Assembly: GCA_965214935.1 (NCBI GenBank)
Contig: CBDCCS010000018.1
Coordinates: 1-64,000, forward strand
Direction of reading: 5' to 3'
Source of the DNA: Candidatus Velthaea sp.
GTDB lineage: Bacteria > Vulcanimicrobiota > Vulcanimicrobiia > Vulcanimicrobiales > Vulcanimicrobiaceae
Length of the DNA stretch: 64,000 bases
The notes beneath the pieces are model-generated. The model made no database searches and had not been told where the DNA came from. It was given only the letters and a program-made list of their open reading frames with translations. The position numbers and the translations under genes are program-made. The number at the start of each line of letters is the position of its first letter. The stretch's first letter is position 1. Below are positions 60,453-64,000 of the stretch, one piece after another.

Positions 60453-61514
60453 CGCATTCTGACGATTCGGTCCACGTCTTTTAGGATGAGGGGCTGATTT
60501 GGAAGAGCCGCACGTCCTTTGATATCCCTGATCCGGTAGACTTAGATCTTCGCGGCTGCGAAATTTGGTCGATACTGTTTTGGACTTGTCGCATCGGGAC
60601 AATCACTGAGGAGCGTGATCGATGCGTTACCTGCGGCGGCAAGTTCGTATGTTCCGGGAGTGAGAATAAATGTCTTGGCATGCGAAACTGCCCATCTAAA
60701 GCGATATCGTTCCTCTAGTCGAAGAGTCTGAGTGGCAGAATATCATTTGGCTTCTGAGCGCTCAAGGGAACGCGGTCCCATTTACGAGCCAATTTCGTGA
60801 CAGGCTGTTGATGAAGAATTTGCGTAATCAGTACCGCTCGCCGCCCGGTGATAATGAGATCATACATATTCCCGTTCCTTCGTACATTTGACTCCTGCCA
60901 ATGCGTGTTGGGGACGAGGTTGTCGAAGATGCGCTTTGCCCAATCAAGAAATTCTTTTGTCCCGCTTAGTTGTAAGCGCAAGTAGTGACGATCCTTGGAA
61001 TCAACGAGCGCTTGGATAGAGCCGTCTCCATCGATAAAGCCAACGAGGAAGGACAGAAGATACGGTGCTACGTCCGGGAGCTCTGGCGGTTTGAGAGTGA
61101 GCGATTTTCGACCCGTTATATTCCAGAGCCGCCGCAGGTCGCTGATCCATGACTTGCACCCATAGACGCGAATCTGTGCAGATTCATACGTGTTTCCCGT
61201 TCTCTTGTCGTGTTGAGTATAGTAGTAAAGTTGTCCGCTGAAGCCAGTGTCGCGCGCGAATCGCCGAATCAACTCATTATCAGTCTCCTTTAACTTAAGA
61301 CTTAGATAGTCGCGGGTTTCCTGAATATCAGCGTCTGCTGCAAGGAGTCCGGCCCAGTAGGCGTTCTGATGGGTCGGTGTGCAGAAGTAATCTTTGTCGA
61401 AAGTGTATCGCCCGCTTCGCAAGCCGAGAGCGCCGAGGCGCGCGCTAATCGCCCTTGCGGTCCTATGTGGCAGGAGCTGATGTAGTTGTGAGGTTGCCCC
61501 GTCGGGTATCCAGC

Positions 61515-62327
61515 TCATAGCCAGAGAGAGATCGTTGAGGTGAGCTGGCTTTTTGCGAACTCGTTCGGCGTTAGATTGCCGAGCGATGTGTGCGGTCTAG
61601 CGGCGTTGTAATCGACGCGCCATTGTTCGATGATCTGTCGAGCTTCGGCTAGTGACCGGAAAACATTGTCGTTGAGGCATTCATCTCTGAATCGACCGTT
61701 GAAGCTTTCGATGAATGCGTTCTGCGTCGGTTTACCGGGCTCGATGTAGTGCAATTGTACACGAGTTCGCTTTGCAAAATCAAGCATCGCGTTACTCGTT
61801 AGTTCTGTGCCGTTGTCCATCACGAGTGTTGTGGGATATTCACCGCGCTCATTCGCAATTCGATGCAGAACGCGTGCAACACGAGAACCACAAAGCGATG
61901 TATCAACCTCGATCGCAAGCGCTTCACGCGTGAAGTCGTCGACGATGTTAAGAGCTCGAATGCGTCGGCCGTTCTGCAAGGTGTCATGAACGAAGTCGAG
62001 CGACCACCTTTCATTAACCCGTGTAACCATCGGCGCGGGCTCGCCGCGGCCGAGAGCAACGCGGCGCTTAAGCCGCTTGCGTACTTGAAGCTTCGCCGCT
62101 GCGTAAAGCCGGTAGATGCGTTTGTGATTGGCGATAATTCCCTCGCGCCGCAAGAGTACGCCAAGTCGCCGATATCCAAAGCGCCGGCGTTGCATCGCAA
62201 TGTCGTGTAGTCGCTCAAGAATCTTTGGATCTTCACTTCGGATCACCAACTTGCGCCGGTATGTCCGCCGATTGCAGCTTACGACTATGCAGGCTTTGCG
62301 TTCGCTCAGCCCGATTGTTTCTATCAC
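61515..62327 (-). CDS. IS3 transposase OrfB (DDE/rve)
   Basis: [50 protein letters not shown]. Confidence 0.95.
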   Translation of the reverse strand: MIETIGLSERKACIVVSCNRRTYRRKLVIRSEDPKILERLHDIAMQRRRFGYRRLGVLLRREGIIANHKRIYRLYAAAKLQVRKRLKRRVALGRGEPAPMVTRVNERWSLDFVHDTLQNGRRIRALNIVDDFTREALAIEVDTSLCGSRVARVLHRIANERGEYPTTLVMDNGTELTSNAMLDFAKRTRVQLHYIEPGKPTQNAFIESFNGRFRDECLNDNVFRSLAEARQIIEQWRVDYNAARPHTSLGNLTPNEFAKSQLTSTISLWL

Positions 62328-62359
62328 CGCCCGCGCAGCTCGTCGCCGCTCCGCGGGCG

Positions 62360-62626
62360 TTAGAAGTTTCCCGAGGCGATCAGTTTTAGCGCGTCGATCT
62401 CGAGCGCAGAATCGGCCAGCAATCTTTTTAGTCGACGATTCTCGTCCTCAAGCGATCGCATCTTGGCGACGTCGCTAACCTCCATGCCGCCAAACTTCGA
62501 CTTCCAAGCGTAAAACGTCGCCGAGCTGATGCCATGCTTGCGACACAGTTCAGCCGTTTTTGCGCCGGCCTCGGACTCTTTGAGGATGCCTACAATCTGT
62601 TCTTCGGTAAAGCGCGATTTCTTCAC
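62360..62626 (-). CDS. IS3 transposase OrfA (HTH)
   Basis: [15 protein letters not shown]...[20 protein letters not shown]...[11 protein letters not shown]. Confidence 0.95.
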   Translation of the reverse strand: MKKSRFTEEQIVGILKESEAGAKTAELCRKHGISSATFYAWKSKFGGMEVSDVAKMRSLEDENRRLKRLLADSALEIDALKLIASGNF

Positions 62627-63342
62627 GGAAGGAGACTCCCTATCGGGCGATTTCGCCCCGGAATTCTCCGGTTATGGGCGGGATACTTTCAAGGGGCGGC
62701 GTCAGTTGCACTAAGCTTCTTCGTTTGTTTTTTACGACCGAGTTGAGCAAGATAGCATCTTCAGCTGGCGTCCACGACGGCATTTTTAAATCGCCCCGCT
62801 TTAGACGGGATATCTTCAGAGAGATAGCAGAAACTGAGCGTTTGAGATGCGTCGCGAGTTCTATATGCGAAAGGCGATCAGCGTTCTCGGTCAAAAAGGC
62901 TAAGTCTTCCGTTAACCAAGGTCGGCTGCGCATGGAAATCAAATCTACTTACTGACTAGCGCCTTGCCCTTTCGATCTTACTCATCCGCTCAATAAACCG
63001 TTTACTTCAGCAATCTGCAAGACTCGCCCGACCGAATCTGGTGAAGCTGCAGGCTAAGCTCGACCGCGTGGTTAGGCGTAGCCCAATCAGAACCGCTTCC
63101 TCGACTAACAATCGCAATGTGCCCTGCAGGCGAACGAAAGCCAGAATGAGGTAGGCCGACTGTTGAGAGGCGCGTCAGCGTCTGGAGCCCAGGACCTTAG
63201 AGTCATAGGTACGGGCGGCAGAGGACGAGATACAATTCAAGACTCAACACATTAGATGGTACTTTGGGTGTCGTCTCGCCGGCACCCGGTAAGAAAGCAA
63301 TTTACAAAGAAATCCAGCCGAATCTCCTTGAATATCTTGCGC

Positions 63343-64000
63343 GTGGCAAACGAGGCGGATAGAAGCAAGCGTCCGGATTGGACGTTACGCTTAGCGATGT
63401 ATCGAACTTACGGCGGGATATGCTTTTTGGTGTCATCGCGACGTCGCTCTTACCGATATGCAGCTTGATCACATCATTCCAAGGGATCACGCGAAGTCGC
63501 TTGACAAAATCAGAGAGAATTATGGTTTAGAATCCGATTTTGCGATAGAAAGCTATCAGAATCTTGTGCCCGCCCACTCGGGTTGCAATCGCCTGAAAAG
63601 TGTTACCCTGGTAACGCCAAGCCCTGCCGCTCTCTTTACGTTCCAGCAGGTTCGTCAACGTACGATTGATCTACGAAAAAAACTAAGAAAGATAGAGCGC
63701 GACCTCGATAAAGCGGGTGTCACGGATTACTCATTGACTCCTCGCGATGCGCAGATGTTTGCCGCTCGCGATCGCTCTGCAACAAACCTGAGCCGATTAC
63801 CTTATCTCCACGAAAGCAGCACCGGATTTTTCAGCGGAAGATTCACGTTGGCGTTTCCAGGTGTGCGCGGTATCGAGTGGTTTGAGCGCAAGGACGCGAT
63901 AATTAGGCTACAAGCCCTACTTAAGAAACCGTTGATATTCCGACTGCGTAGGCCAGACCGTGGTTGGATTAAGCCGATATGGTGGTGGCGAGATGGCGAA
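63343..64000 (+). CDS. HNH endonuclease fused to an uncharacterised C-terminal domain (partial; apparent frameshift at 63424-28)
   Basis: After removing one T: GICFWC...QLDHIIP...NLVPAHSGCNRLKS, then FFSGRFTLAFPGVRGIEWF...PIWWWR; open to the window end. Confidence 0.72.

Larger units (their letters stand above)
61489..62704 (-). mobile_element. IS3-family insertion sequence (IS407-like), 1216 bp, apparently intact
   Basis: TG...CA ends with imperfect inverted repeats sharing GGATAC and GGGGC; 4-bp TSD GTTG at 61485-88 and 62705-08; orfA and orfB. Confidence 0.93.
60715..62933 (-). pseudogene. LAGLIDADG homing endonuclease with two N-terminal Myb/SANT-like repeats, interrupted by IS3
   Basis: YWAGLLAADA and FLVGFIDGDG motifs; the N-terminus (WLTEDLAFL, WTPAEDAIL) lies beyond the IS and rejoins in frame when the IS and one TSD copy are removed. 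Confidence 0.85.
45060..64000. mobile_element. Lower-GC accessory/defence island (left boundary approximate, continues past the window)
   Basis: Visible shift to AT-richer codons; nucleases, transposases and hypothetical genes; no integrase in the window. Confidence 0.7.

Noticed and set aside
60460..63250. Group I intron or intein hosting the LAGLIDADG gene
   Set aside because: No interrupted host gene, intein splice motifs or recognisable intron core; the gene appears free-standing.
45060..64000. Prophage
   Set aside because: No capsid, terminase, tail, lysis or integrase genes recognised.

Overview
This is a bacterial chromosomal window with two compositional halves. Positions 1 to ~45 kb are high-GC and gene-dense; the gene style suggests a soil Eremiobacterota/Vulcanimicrobiota-like organism, which is inference only. 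This half carries an MFS transporter, an SDR, tRNA-Leu(CAG), a CHASE3/4xPAS hybrid histidine kinase, a sugar ABC transporter and a single-polypeptide lipoyl-E2-E1 2-oxoglutarate dehydrogenase. It continues with an Lrp-kdd-kamA-LOG lysine-catabolism operon, glnA behind a highly structured ~180-nt leader, and a c-di-GMP module (GGDEF-EAL / MalT-LuxR regulator / HD-GYP / small secreted peptide). It ends with a glycolate-glyoxylate cluster (gcl-hyi-glxR-glxK, GntR, glcDEF, permease) in which promoters and a shared operator are readable. From ~45 kb to the end the DNA is visibly more AT-rich and looks like a defence/accessory island. It holds an ApeA-like HEPN protein, a receiver-like domain fused to a Shedu nuclease, and an unannotated 4-gene membrane operon ending in a triple-repeat transmembrane protein and an exported HNH nuclease. 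It also holds a PD-(D/E)XK protein, a 4x winged-helix protein divergent from a SWIM-DDE transposase, a Myb-repeat LAGLIDADG endonuclease split by an intact IS3 (IS407-like) element, and a truncated HNH fusion. Several genes after 36 kb carry single-base frameshifts, mostly in homopolymers, so these may be assembly errors or real decay. No CRISPR array or rRNA was seen. All calls come from reading motifs by eye; no database search was run.
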